DNA of 63,972 bases, counting the filler, from Thermoplasmatota archaeon (GTDB taxonomy: Archaea; Thermoplasmatota; E2; JACPAO01; JAHFTW01): assembly GCA_041623215.1 (NCBI GenBank). It is 8 parts of 8 records of this genome, joined end to end, with 100 filler letters (N's around TTAATTAATTAA, not from the genome) between each part and the next. Parts side by side here need not be neighbours in the genome. Positions count along the whole stretch, not along the records: positions 8,637 to 16,991 come from JBFJXH010000072.1; positions 17,092 to 25,191 come from JBFJXH010000073.1; 6 more parts are not named here. One strand, written 5' to 3'. The position numbers were made by a program, and so were the translations under genes. Every line of letters begins with the position of its first letter. Position 1 is the stretch's first letter. Positions 9,324 to 18,131 of this stretch are shown piece after piece. Below the pieces are notes generated by a model. That model made no database searches, was not told where the DNA came from, and saw nothing but the letters and a program-made list of their open reading frames with translations.

Positions 9324-10313
9324 ATGAAGCTGGCCACAATTCCGGACCCCCGTGGCGGTCGCGACGGACGCCTCGTCGTGGTCGACGATGACGCCTCGTG
9401 CCTCGCGCTGGTGCCCGAGGAAATTGCGGGGACCCTGCATGATGCAATCTCCGACTGGGCGCGGGTCGAGGGGCCGCTGCAGCAGTTCGCGGCGCAGGTG
9501 AAGGAGGGTTCCGTCTCGGACACGCAGCCCTTGGATGGCCAGGAATTCCTGGCTCCGCTGCCCCGTACCACCTGCTGGATTGATGGCTCGGCCTATATCC
9601 ACCACATCATGCTCGTGCGCAAGGCACGAAACGCCGAGCCGCCGGAAACCCTGCGAACAGTTCCCCTCATGTACCAGGGCTGTGCCGACCCTTGCCTTGG
9701 CCCAACCGACGATGTAGTGGTCACATCCGAGGATTATGGCATTGACTTTGAATCCGAAGTTTACGTGGTCTTGGACGAGGTGCCCATGGGCACCAAAGCC
9801 TCCGACGCAGAGCAATACATTCGCTTCATCGGAATTCTCAACGACGTCAGCCTTCGCAACCTCATCCCTGCTGAGCTCAAGGCCGGCTTCGGATTCTTCC
9901 ACGGCAAACCCCCCTCAGCGCATGCGCCCTTCGTCTGCACGCCTGATGAGCTTGGCGAAGACTGGCGCGACGGGCGTGTCCACTTGGACCTCAACACGCA
10001 CATCAATGGCAAGCTGCATGGCAACCCCAATGCAGGCCCCGAGATGTTCTTCAATTTCCCGCAGCTGATTGAGCACGCGGCCAAGACGCGCCCTCTGCCG
10101 GCTGGCACCATCCTCGGAAGCGGCACGGTCAGCAACGAAGACCCTGAACGGGGAAGCAGTTGCTTGGCTGAAACCCGCATGCTCGAAATCATTGAAGAAG
10201 GCGAAGCGAAGACACCCTTCTTGTCCTTCGGGGACCGTATCCACATCGAAATGTTCGGCCGCGACGGCAAGAGTCTGTTTGGCGCCATTGACCAGAAGGT
10301 TGTCCAAGCATGA
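9324..10313 (+). CDS. Fumarylacetoacetate hydrolase family protein
   Basis: GGRDGRLVVV, IDFESE, NDVSLR, GTILGSGTVSN; TTTCAAG 28 nt upstream. Confidence 0.92.
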   Translation: MKLATIPDPRGGRDGRLVVVDDDASCLALVPEEIAGTLHDAISDWARVEGPLQQFAAQVKEGSVSDTQPLDGQEFLAPLPRTTCWIDGSAYIHHIMLVRKARNAEPPETLRTVPLMYQGCADPCLGPTDDVVVTSEDYGIDFESEVYVVLDEVPMGTKASDAEQYIRFIGILNDVSLRNLIPAELKAGFGFFHGKPPSAHAPFVCTPDELGEDWRDGRVHLDLNTHINGKLHGNPNAGPEMFFNFPQLIEHAAKTRPLPAGTILGSGTVSNEDPERGSSCLAETRMLEIIEEGEAKTPFLSFGDRIHIEMFGRDGKSLFGAIDQKVVQA

Positions 10314-11242
10314 CCGCTGCTTTGGACACGGTTGTCCGAGGCCTCTTCGACTATGCCGGTATGTTTCCGCCAGCCGCGCTTGGCTTTGATGACATGCTGG
10401 CCGAATCGGCAAGGTTTGGCGGCCTGCATCGGCCGTTTCTTGTGGCTAATGACGCGGTGGTCACTTGGGAGAACGCGCAGCGCATTAGTGCCGATGCGCT
10501 AGCTATGGCGCGCTACCCGCGCAAGACCTGCGACATTTGCGTCGTGGGCGTGGGTGCCGGCGAAGCCGAAGCGGTCATGGGCGACATTTTGGCCTGGAAC
10601 GAAGCTGCCCGTGCAGAGCAAGCGCCGGTCCATCGGCGCATCACAACCCTCGAAGTTGGCGTGTCCGAATTGTCCCACGACGCGTCGGCCGCTGTGGAGG
10701 CTGCCGCCGCCGAAGGCTACCACGAAGGCGTTTCTCTGTACGCTGAACCGCTGCTGCCTGACCATGAGTGGCGCGGGCGCGACGAAGACGTGTGGGCTTT
10801 CATGGACGATTTGCAATCGACCCCGGTTGGACTCAAGGTGCGTGGCGCCGGGGCCACCGCCCTCGGCCCCGGCACGTTGTCGGCCATCATCCCAGAAGTC
10901 GTGCGACGTGGTTGGGCCTTCAAGGCCACCCAGGGTCTACACCACCCCATGGTTGAGGCCGACCGCTATGGCAACGCTCTGGGCTTTCTGACTTTGGCCC
11001 TGGCACTCCGATTTGGCGACCGCCTAGACGACCAAGCGCGACTCGAATTGCTCCTGGAGAGCGACGCATCGGCGCTGCGCTTCGACAATGGCATCAGTTG
11101 GCGCCACCACCGATTGTCGGCGCAGCAGGTGCAAGACGCAGCGGCGGCAACGCCGTTTGCGGTGGGGTCGTGCAGCTTGTCCGAGCCCGATGCGGACCTT
11201 GTGCGGCTTTGGCCGCACCGTGCCCCAAGCATTCTCGATTAG
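10310..11242 (+). CDS. Conserved hypothetical protein (DYAGxFPPA / FKATxGLHH family)
   Basis: GLFDYAGMFPPA, GLKVRG, FKATQGLHHP, GSCSLSEP; ATGA-coupled to the FAH gene. Confidence 0.8.
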   Translation: MTAALDTVVRGLFDYAGMFPPAALGFDDMLAESARFGGLHRPFLVANDAVVTWENAQRISADALAMARYPRKTCDICVVGVGAGEAEAVMGDILAWNEAARAEQAPVHRRITTLEVGVSELSHDASAAVEAAAAEGYHEGVSLYAEPLLPDHEWRGRDEDVWAFMDDLQSTPVGLKVRGAGATALGPGTLSAIIPEVVRRGWAFKATQGLHHPMVEADRYGNALGFLTLALALRFGDRLDDQARLELLLESDASALRFDNGISWRHHRLSAQQVQDAAAATPFAVGSCSLSEPDADLVRLWPHRAPSILD

Positions 11243-11354
11243 GGGCAGGCGACGCAGAACACCTGGTTTGACCCTCCACCCCACGTGGCCACGGTCGCCG
11301 GTTCTTTCATCAAGTCGGGCGCAGCCCTTACCATGCGTACGCGCTTCCCGGGCC

Positions 11355-12017
11355 ATGGGAACGTTTGGCCCCGGCGCACAGCGTTTTCTTGCTGAACTTG
11401 CGACGCACAATGACCGGGCCTGGTTCGAGCAGAACAAGGACCGATTCGAAGCGGACGTCCGCTCCCCAGCAATCGACTTCATCGAAGACGCCGCAGGATG
11501 GCTGGAAATGGCCGGCTACCCGTACCGCGGGGAGGCCAAAAAGGTCGGAGGGGCTCTTTCAAAGATTCATCGCGACGTGCGCTTCAGCACGGACAAGACG
11601 CCGTTTCACCGTCACATTACGATTCATTTCAAGCACGCCCAACAGTCCAGCACCAACGTCTTGCCAATGGTCGGCCTACGAATCGAGCCTGCTTCCGTCG
11701 GCATGGGTGGTGGAATTTGGGCCGGCCAAACGGCGACACTGAAGTGCATTCGTGACGCCATTGTTGAGGACCCGCACGCTTGGGCAGCAGCAACCCGTGG
11801 GGTGGAGCTTTGGGGAGATTCCCTCAAAACAGCACCGCGAGGCTACGACGCGACGCATCCAATGATTGCTGACTTACGGCGCAAGGCGTTTCTGGCGTCC
11901 GTGCCGATACCGGCTGCCGCCTTGACCGGGGACTTGCTGGCCGCCTTCCAACATGGTATGCAAGTCCTGCAGCCGTTTCTTGAATTCCTGGAGGGGGCGC
12001 TGCTTGAGTCTGCCTGA
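11355..12017 (+). CDS. DUF2461 (TIGR02453) family protein
   Basis: FLAEL..HNDRAWF..NK, IHRDVRFS.DKTP, LKTAPRGYD..HP...LRRK. Confidence 0.9.
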   Translation: MGTFGPGAQRFLAELATHNDRAWFEQNKDRFEADVRSPAIDFIEDAAGWLEMAGYPYRGEAKKVGGALSKIHRDVRFSTDKTPFHRHITIHFKHAQQSSTNVLPMVGLRIEPASVGMGGGIWAGQTATLKCIRDAIVEDPHAWAAATRGVELWGDSLKTAPRGYDATHPMIADLRRKAFLASVPIPAAALTGDLLAAFQHGMQVLQPFLEFLEGALLESA

Positions 12018-12270
12018 CGTGGTTGCTGCCTTCTTGGCGTCGCCGACTCCTGTGCCTGGCAAAATCAACGGCGTCACGCTTGCTGGCTCACAAGTGCAAG
12101 AGCAGTTGCAGAGCCTTGGCCCGGTGAAGGTGGTTGGGCACCTGGCACGCTCAGCGACCGATCTCTCCGTGACCTGGAAAACGCCGCAAGGCGTCGTGGG
12201 AGCGACGCGATTCACATTGGATGTCAAGGGCAACATCGAAGCGGTGGCGGTGCGGTGGGAGGACCTATGA
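12004..12270 (+). CDS. Small hypothetical protein
   Basis: Fills the gap between DUF2461 and SRPBCC genes with overlapping start/stop; TTG start inferred. Confidence 0.55.
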   Translation: MSLPDVVAAFLASPTPVPGKINGVTLAGSQVQEQLQSLGPVKVVGHLARSATDLSVTWKTPQGVVGATRFTLDVKGNIEAVAVRWEDL

Positions 12271-12710
12271 GAGTCACGGCGAAGGCGCGGCTGGGCGGTC
12301 CGCTTGACCAAGTGTTCGACTTCGTTGCCGACCCCACAAATGACCCACGCTGGGTGGATACCACGCCACGTGTCTGGCAAACGAAAGGAAACGGTCCGGG
12401 CGTCGGGGCGGAATATGCCTTCGAACAAGGCGTCAAAGGAACCGTTGCAGAAGGCCAAATTGTGTTCGTTCGCTATGAAGCGCCCCACCATATCGCCTTC
12501 GAGGTCGAAGACCGTTTTCGCCGCAGTGCCATTACCTACGACTTGGTGGCGACCAAGCATGGTGGCACCGTCTTGACCCAAGTAAGCCGGCCGAAATGGA
12601 AGCCCCTGCGCCTGCGCCGCCTGGCTTGGCTAACATGGGGGCCCGTGCGAAAACAATTGAAGAAGCAAATGCGGGCCCTCGAAGCGGAGCTGAACCAGCC
12701 GAAGGCGTGA
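12267..12710 (+). CDS. SRPBCC (polyketide cyclase/START-like) protein
   Basis: VFDFVADPTNDPRW, GPGVGAEY; ATGA overlap. Confidence 0.85.
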   Translation: MRVTAKARLGGPLDQVFDFVADPTNDPRWVDTTPRVWQTKGNGPGVGAEYAFEQGVKGTVAEGQIVFVRYEAPHHIAFEVEDRFRRSAITYDLVATKHGGTVLTQVSRPKWKPLRLRRLAWLTWGPVRKQLKKQMRALEAELNQPKA

Positions 12711-12777
12711 AGGAATCGGCAAGGTACGGGCGCCCTTGGCGGGGGGCTTTACATGCCAGTGTCACAGAATCGTTCGC

Positions 12778-13587
12778 ATGAACGACCGCCTCGCAAATGG
12801 CTTTGAACCGGTCAACGCGAAGGAGTGGGCCATGGTTGGCTTGGCCGGGCTGAACCTGCTTGTCTTAGCCGGAGCCTCCTATCTTGCCTGGCTACCGGCT
12901 TGGATTCAACCGGCCTTGGTCTATGCGGACCTAGGCATTCTGGCCATCTTTGCAATCGAGTTTCTTGGGCGACTAATCCGCACTAGGCAGCGGCGCCATT
13001 TTCTTGTTACCCATTGGTATGACGCTGTTGCCTTGATTCCGGTCGCTAGTGGATCGATGCGGGCACTTCGTCTGTTGCGGTTGGCACGCATGTACACCGT
13101 TGCACGCCTGCCTACCGAAGGCGAAACCAATTGGATGGTGGTCCTCTTCAAGCACGTCTTAACCAAGAACCTTGCACCCATCTTGGCCGTATTAACGCGC
13201 CCCTTGCTGGGCGCAATGATTGCGGTTGTCGAGACGCCAATTCGCAAGGCTCGCTTTGCGGCCCTTGTTGGAACGGTCCTCGACAAGCAACGTTCGGGCA
13301 TCGAAGCGGCCACCATTGCCAGCCTTCGGGCAATTAAGCCAACCAAGGCGATGGCAGACCTTGACGTAACCAAGAAGGCGGTGCACCTCATCACGGACAC
13401 CGTGCTGGATACGGTGACGGATGTGCTTCAGTCGGACGAGCTCAATGATTTGATGGCGGATGCCATTGGTGATGTCTTGCGTGCCGCTAGTGGAGGTGTG
13501 AGTGGATCGAACACAACCCTCGCCGGGGATGAGGATGCCGTCGCGACATCTCCAGTCCCGGCTCGGGCCGCCGTTGCACCGGTCTGA
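12778..13587 (+). CDS. Ion-transport-like protein with voltage-sensor module but no pore domain
   Basis: DLGILAIFAIEF, HWYDAVALIP, S4-like MRALRLLRLARM; no GYG filter. Confidence 0.8.
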   Translation: MNDRLANGFEPVNAKEWAMVGLAGLNLLVLAGASYLAWLPAWIQPALVYADLGILAIFAIEFLGRLIRTRQRRHFLVTHWYDAVALIPVASGSMRALRLLRLARMYTVARLPTEGETNWMVVLFKHVLTKNLAPILAVLTRPLLGAMIAVVETPIRKARFAALVGTVLDKQRSGIEAATIASLRAIKPTKAMADLDVTKKAVHLITDTVLDTVTDVLQSDELNDLMADAIGDVLRAASGGVSGSNTTLAGDEDAVATSPVPARAAVAPV

Positions 13588-13628
13588 CGAGCCCACCTGA
13601 TTTGAATCGGCGTTCGGGCGCACCGCGG

Positions 13629-14105
13629 TCAGGATGCAGAGGGCCCTTCCAACATGGATTTGATGCGCAGCAGCAAATCTCCATCCGACTTTTCGCACCA
13701 TGCAGCCAGTTTGTCCGCCACCTTCTCGTTACCTTCGTATTTGCCGACCCCCCTGAATTCAGCGGTCAGTTGGACATGACTTGTGCCAGCCTCTTCGCCT
13801 TCGTCCACGGTAAAGGTGTAGGCCGCCCAGTTGCAGCCATCATCGGTTACGCTGCGGTAGCTGCGGCCCGGTTCAAACTGGTCGATGGTAACGGTAGCCG
13901 AGGCTCGCAGGGGGATGAAGCCAAGCAGCTTCATGGTGCGCGTTTCTTTCCATCGAAATCCTTCGCCCATTGGCCGGTCAGTTAGCGGCTGGACCTTCAC
14001 CAAATCCGGCATGAATTGCTTGAATCGGTCCGGGTCGGTGATGGCAGAAAAAACGGCCGACGGCGCGGCGTCGATGGTGGTCTCCCGCTGAAAAGATGCG
14101 GCCAT
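13629..14105 (-). CDS. SRPBCC family protein
   Basis: TTIDAAPSAVFSAITDPD.F..FMP; GFRWKETR. Confidence 0.85.
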   Translation of the reverse strand: MAASFQRETTIDAAPSAVFSAITDPDRFKQFMPDLVKVQPLTDRPMGEGFRWKETRTMKLLGFIPLRASATVTIDQFEPGRSYRSVTDDGCNWAAYTFTVDEGEEAGTSHVQLTAEFRGVGKYEGNEKVADKLAAWCEKSDGDLLLRIKSMLEGPSAS

Positions 14106-14178
14106 GCTGTTTGATGGCTGGTGTCATTCTTGAGTTGCTAGGGTCGGGTTGAAGTTGGATGAGCGACAATGGTAGCTG

Positions 14179-14631
14179 GTGTATATCGAACGGCAATGGT
14201 ATTTGTCCAACCCCTTTCTCGCGGCGGGTGTGGCCGCGCTCGTTGTGGCGGTGGCAGCTGGTTGGTGGTTTGGCGAGGCGCCCGCGCCGGTTGCGTTGCT
14301 GGCTCTGCTGCTGGCGGTGGTGTTGCTGGCAAGTTTGCGGCAGCGAGTGGAAGTGAGACCTGCCGAATTGATGGTTGCGATGTGGCCGTTTTGGCGACGG
14401 ACCGTGTCGCTGGCGGATGTTGAGGAAGCCTGGCAGGAGGAGTACCGCTGGTACCGTTACGGCGGGTGGGGAATTCGCTTTGGAGGCGGGGCCGTGGCCT
14501 ATGCGGTTTGGGGGCGGGGCGCGGTTCGGTTGCGACTTCGCGGCGTTAAGCGCCATCTGGTCATTGGTACCCGTGATGTCGACGGCCTTCTCGCTTCGCT
14601 GCGTGCTGCCGGGGTTTCCGTCAAGTTTTGA
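14179..14631 (+). CDS. Membrane protein, two TM helices plus bacterial-PH-like domain
   Basis: YGGWGIR motif and LVIGT after two hydrophobic helices. Confidence 0.7.
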   Translation: MYIERQWYLSNPFLAAGVAALVVAVAAGWWFGEAPAPVALLALLLAVVLLASLRQRVEVRPAELMVAMWPFWRRTVSLADVEEAWQEEYRWYRYGGWGIRFGGGAVAYAVWGRGAVRLRLRGVKRHLVIGTRDVDGLLASLRAAGVSVKF

Positions 14632-14652
14632 GGGTCGGCGCGATGCACAAGC

Positions 14653-15078
14653 GTGCCTCGGATATCGGTTCCCCCTGCCTTACGCGTGGTTTTCTTCCTA
14701 TTCGTCGCCGGCCCGGGAATGGCGCTGCTGATGGGTGCGGCTTGGATGGGGGCCTCGCCGACTTGGCTGCTGGTTTTGAGTAGCTTGGCGGGGGTTCTCG
14801 TCGCCATCTCGGTCTCGCTGGCGCGTCGGCAGGTGTCCTGGGATGCTCAGCACTTGTATTGCCGGGGGCTTCGCCAGTCCAGGGTTGCCTGGGTCAACAT
14901 TGAACGTATCGAACTAACGTATCACGACGGGCATTATGGTCTTCGGGTCGCGGGTGGAGGGCGTGTAGCCCGGATCGCTCTGACCCCGTTTACTGCAGGG
15001 GACCGGCAGCGCCTCCAGGATGCCTTGATTCGGTACGCGCCGCCGCATGCCCAAGTGGGCCAGAAAGCCGTCAGATGA
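14653..15078 (+). CDS. Membrane protein, two TM helices plus PH-like domain
   Basis: Two TM segments then RVAWVNIERI pattern. Confidence 0.55.
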   Translation: MPRISVPPALRVVFFLFVAGPGMALLMGAAWMGASPTWLLVLSSLAGVLVAISVSLARRQVSWDAQHLYCRGLRQSRVAWVNIERIELTYHDGHYGLRVAGGGRVARIALTPFTAGDRQRLQDALIRYAPPHAQVGQKAVR

Positions 15079-15117
15079 CGGTAAATGTGTAAAGGTGGGA
15101 GAGTCCATGGTGAAAGC

Positions 15118-15807
15118 ATGCTCCAGGCCACATTGGCGGTTGAACACGGCTGTGCGCTCTGCGAACTCACCACCGAGTGTCCCGAGGCGCGCGTTGCCTT
15201 GTGGTGCAACTATCACCACGATGCCATCGAATTAACCGTTGAAGGGGATGGTGGCCGATGCATCGACGCGTTGTGGCGCCGGGCGCCAGGTGCCGCCATC
15301 AAGCAGGACCCAGGCAACCCGCATCGCTACCATGCAGTGTTCCCGTGCATCCACAAGCGCGACGAGGGTGGCGTGCAGGCGACGGCCGAGCGGCTCCACT
15401 GCATCGCGCTATCACCCATCATTTACGAAGCAGGCTGGGAAACGCACCGGGTCGTAGCCTGGGACGACGACGCTTTTGCTCGCTTGTACCAAGAAGTGGC
15501 CGCAGATTTTTCGGTGGACGTCAAATCGAAGCGGCAACTGGAAGGCAGTCTGTTTGAGCATTCCATGATTCTTTCGGCCAATGACTTGTTGGGTAATCTG
15601 ACCGATCGGCAGTTGGGTGCGGTCGAGCAGGCAGTCAGCGCGGGCTACTACGAAACGCCACGGCAAGCTCGTGTCCAGGACATCGCCGAAGCGGCCGGCG
15701 TGCCGCGCACAACCTTCCAGGAACACCTGCAAAAAGGCGAGGCCAAGCTGCTGCAGGCGGTTGCGCCGCTGCTGGGGCTTCGTCGAGCAGGGCGGTCCCG
15801 GCCATAG
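15118..15807 (+). CDS. Bacterio-opsin-activator-type (HTH_10) transcription regulator
   Basis: LTDRQ..AVE.A...GYYETPR......IAE..GV.RTTFQEHLQKGEAKL. Confidence 0.9.
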   Translation: MLQATLAVEHGCALCELTTECPEARVALWCNYHHDAIELTVEGDGGRCIDALWRRAPGAAIKQDPGNPHRYHAVFPCIHKRDEGGVQATAERLHCIALSPIIYEAGWETHRVVAWDDDAFARLYQEVAADFSVDVKSKRQLEGSLFEHSMILSANDLLGNLTDRQLGAVEQAVSAGYYETPRQARVQDIAEAAGVPRTTFQEHLQKGEAKLLQAVAPLLGLRRAGRSRP

Positions 15808-15907
15808 CGGCGGGGAGCCGTTGTCGCCTCCAAACCGCTTACCGCGCGCTTACGAATCGCGCTCCAATGATGCGGCTCGCTGTTTGGATCATGACACAGG
15901 GTGCCGG

Positions 15908-16288
15908 TCAAGCGCCCCAGACTACCCAAGCCGCCAAGCCTGCCACCAACACATCATAGACGATGCAGAAGGGCACGGTCATGGGGTGAATCTTTGTCGC
16001 GATGGGCCCGGGTTCGTGTAGCAAATCCCATGCCGGGTGCAGCAGCCATGCCAACGGCAACAGCCATGCCCAGTTCGCGGAAAGCAGTGTCAAAGCGAGT
16101 GCCGGAATGCCGCCCACCAGTTCCATCCGGACCGCTCGGCCTTCATCCATGAGGGCCATGCCAACGTAGATACCGACGGTTAACCACAGGAGGCCCGCCA
16201 GCAAGGGTAGGCGAAGAGCGGAGGGCAACGCGAGCGTGAGAAGGGCGGTAATGACGGCGGCAGCGAGGCCGGCGAGTGCGGGGCGCAT
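15908..16288 (-). CDS. Small membrane protein (DUF6010-like)
   Basis: WLLHPAWDLLH and PFCIVYD motifs; hydrophobic. Confidence 0.65.
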   Translation of the reverse strand: MRPALAGLAAAVITALLTLALPSALRLPLLAGLLWLTVGIYVGMALMDEGRAVRMELVGGIPALALTLLSANWAWLLPLAWLLHPAWDLLHEPGPIATKIHPMTVPFCIVYDVLVAGLAAWVVWGA

Positions 16289-16402
16289 GAGCGGCGAGAG
16301 GACGTATTGCTCCTAGTCAATTCTCCTTTACGAATGGAAAAATGCCCTGGGTCGCGAAGGCCCGCGCCGCCGCTGCACTTCGCGTCGCCATCACGACATC
16401 GG

Positions 16403-16882
16403 CTAGCGGTTGAGCCACCAAACGCTTGCATTGAGCGCCGTGGCAAACAGCACCCATGCTAGATAGGGAGTCAGCAACCAAGCTGGCCAGCCCAAGTTAC
16501 GAATGCGAAGGAGCATGGCGGCCAGGACGACATCGAGCGCGCAAATGATTGCCAGGGCTGCACCGCGCAGTTCCCAGGCGAAAAAGACGGGTGTCCAAGC
16601 CGCATTGAGCGCCAACTGACCGAGCCACAATTGGCTCGGGGTTTGCCAGCCGTAGGAAGTCCAAATCCTCCATCCAGCCACGGCAATCGTGGCGTAGAGG
16701 ACGGTCCATACAGGACCAAAAAGCCAGGGCGGCGGGGCCCAGGCCGGTTGTTCCAGGTCCTCATACCTGGCCGCGGCGTCAACGGCGGCGAAGGACCCAA
16801 TCAAGGCAGCGGCAGTCGTCAAACTAGCAATTACTGCAACCGGTATCCAGCCGGGCAGAGCCGGCGGGCCATCGGAGCTCAT
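16403..16882 (-). CDS. tspO: TspO/MBR tryptophan-rich sensory protein
   Basis: Y..L.QP.WAPPPWLFGPVWT.LY, QLALNAAWTPVFF, PYLAWVLFATALN. Confidence 0.95.
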   Translation of the reverse strand: MSSDGPPALPGWIPVAVIASLTTAAALIGSFAAVDAAARYEDLEQPAWAPPPWLFGPVWTVLYATIAVAGWRIWTSYGWQTPSQLWLGQLALNAAWTPVFFAWELRGAALAIICALDVVLAAMLLRIRNLGWPAWLLTPYLAWVLFATALNASVWWLNR

Positions 16883-16991
16883 GGTGCGGTAGAGGCCATC
16901 CACCACATCAAATGTGGTCTCGCCCCGGTTCGTCCAACCTCATGAACCAGCGGGGGGTGAAAGCGCGTGGACTGGGTCGCAGGCCGCTAGC

Positions 16992-17091
16992 NNNNNNNNN
17001 NNNNNNNNNNNNNNNNNNNNNNNNNNNNNNNNNNNTTAATTAATTAANNNNNNNNNNNNNNNNNNNNNNNNNNNNNNNNNNNNNNNNNNNN
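16992..17091. other. Artificial contig linker
   Basis: N44-TTAATTAATTAA-N44. Confidence 0.99.
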
Positions 17092-17434
17092 CATACAGGC
17101 CCATGGCGCCAAAGGTTCCCACGCCAACGCGTTCGAAGAGACTCATCTCAGGGTAACTCATGAGGGCAATCGTCAACAGACCAATCTGGGCCAACGTGCC
17201 CACCATGACAAGGATTTCACTCGTGGCAATGAAACGACCCCAATGCCGGAATGCTTCCCGGCCATGTTCCAAGAAAGTGGGCCCAACCAAGATGGCTAGG
17301 GCGAATACCGCGAGAAACGCGATGACCCCGGCCGGCCCCCAGACCCACTCGTTGCCGGGGTGCAGCAGACCAAGGGCCAAAAGCCCCCACAGGCCAAGGG
17401 CCAGAAGGAAACGCCTGGCGATGTGACGGTTCAT
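17092..17434 (-). CDS. Membrane protein, 3'-truncated
   Basis: Several hydrophobic segments from MNRHIARRFLLALG; runs into the linker. Confidence 0.55.
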
Positions 17435-17521
17435 GCCTTGCCTCTGGGTGCGCGACTTACTTGGGATTTTGCCAACAGGACAGGGCCTAAGGTCCAAGAA
17501 GCGCCCGTGCGTTGGCTACGC

Positions 17522-18079
17522 GTGGGCGACCAGAATCTTTCTGATGCGGCAGTGCAGAAAGCCACCGGCCGCACGTGGGCGCAATGGCGGCAATACCTAG
17601 ACGAGGCGGGCGGCGCGGCGCGGAGTCATCGGGCACTCGCCGCGTGGCTGCAGGAAGCGGAACCAGCCCTGAGCAGCTGGTGGGTGCAAATGGTCGTGGT
17701 GCAGTACGAACGCATGATTGGGCGGCGCGTCGTTGGCCAAGCAGCCAATGGGTCCTTCCAAACGGCTGCATCCAAAACCGTCCCGGGGACGCTCGACGAA
17801 TGGTTGCAAAAATGGCATGACGCGTTTGCAGCCAGTGCGGGGGTAGATGGCGTCGCCTTCGCGGGGAGCCCTCGCGTGAGCGATAGCGAAGCGTGGCGTT
17901 ACTGGCGCTGCGGTCTCGATGACGGAAGCAAAATCGTGGTAACCATCGGCCAGAAGCCCGGCAACAAGGTCACCGTGGCCGTGCAACACGCGGGGTTGGC
18001 AGACGCGGCGGCAGTCGCCCGCTGGAAAGCCGTGTGGCGTCAGTTGCTGGATAACCTGGCTGCCCCGGCGGGCAGCTAA
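17522..18079 (+). CDS. Conserved hypothetical protein (DUF4287-like N-terminus)
   Basis: DAAVQKATGRTWAQW...WWVQMVVVQYER...KAVW pattern; GTG start inferred. Confidence 0.75.
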   Translation: MGDQNLSDAAVQKATGRTWAQWRQYLDEAGGAARSHRALAAWLQEAEPALSSWWVQMVVVQYERMIGRRVVGQAANGSFQTAASKTVPGTLDEWLQKWHDAFAASAGVDGVAFAGSPRVSDSEAWRYWRCGLDDGSKIVVTIGQKPGNKVTVAVQHAGLADAAAVARWKAVWRQLLDNLAAPAGS

Positions 18080-18131
18080 GCTGGGATTCCCGGGTCGTTG
18101 ACCTTTTCAAGTGGTCCTCCAGTGAAACGCT

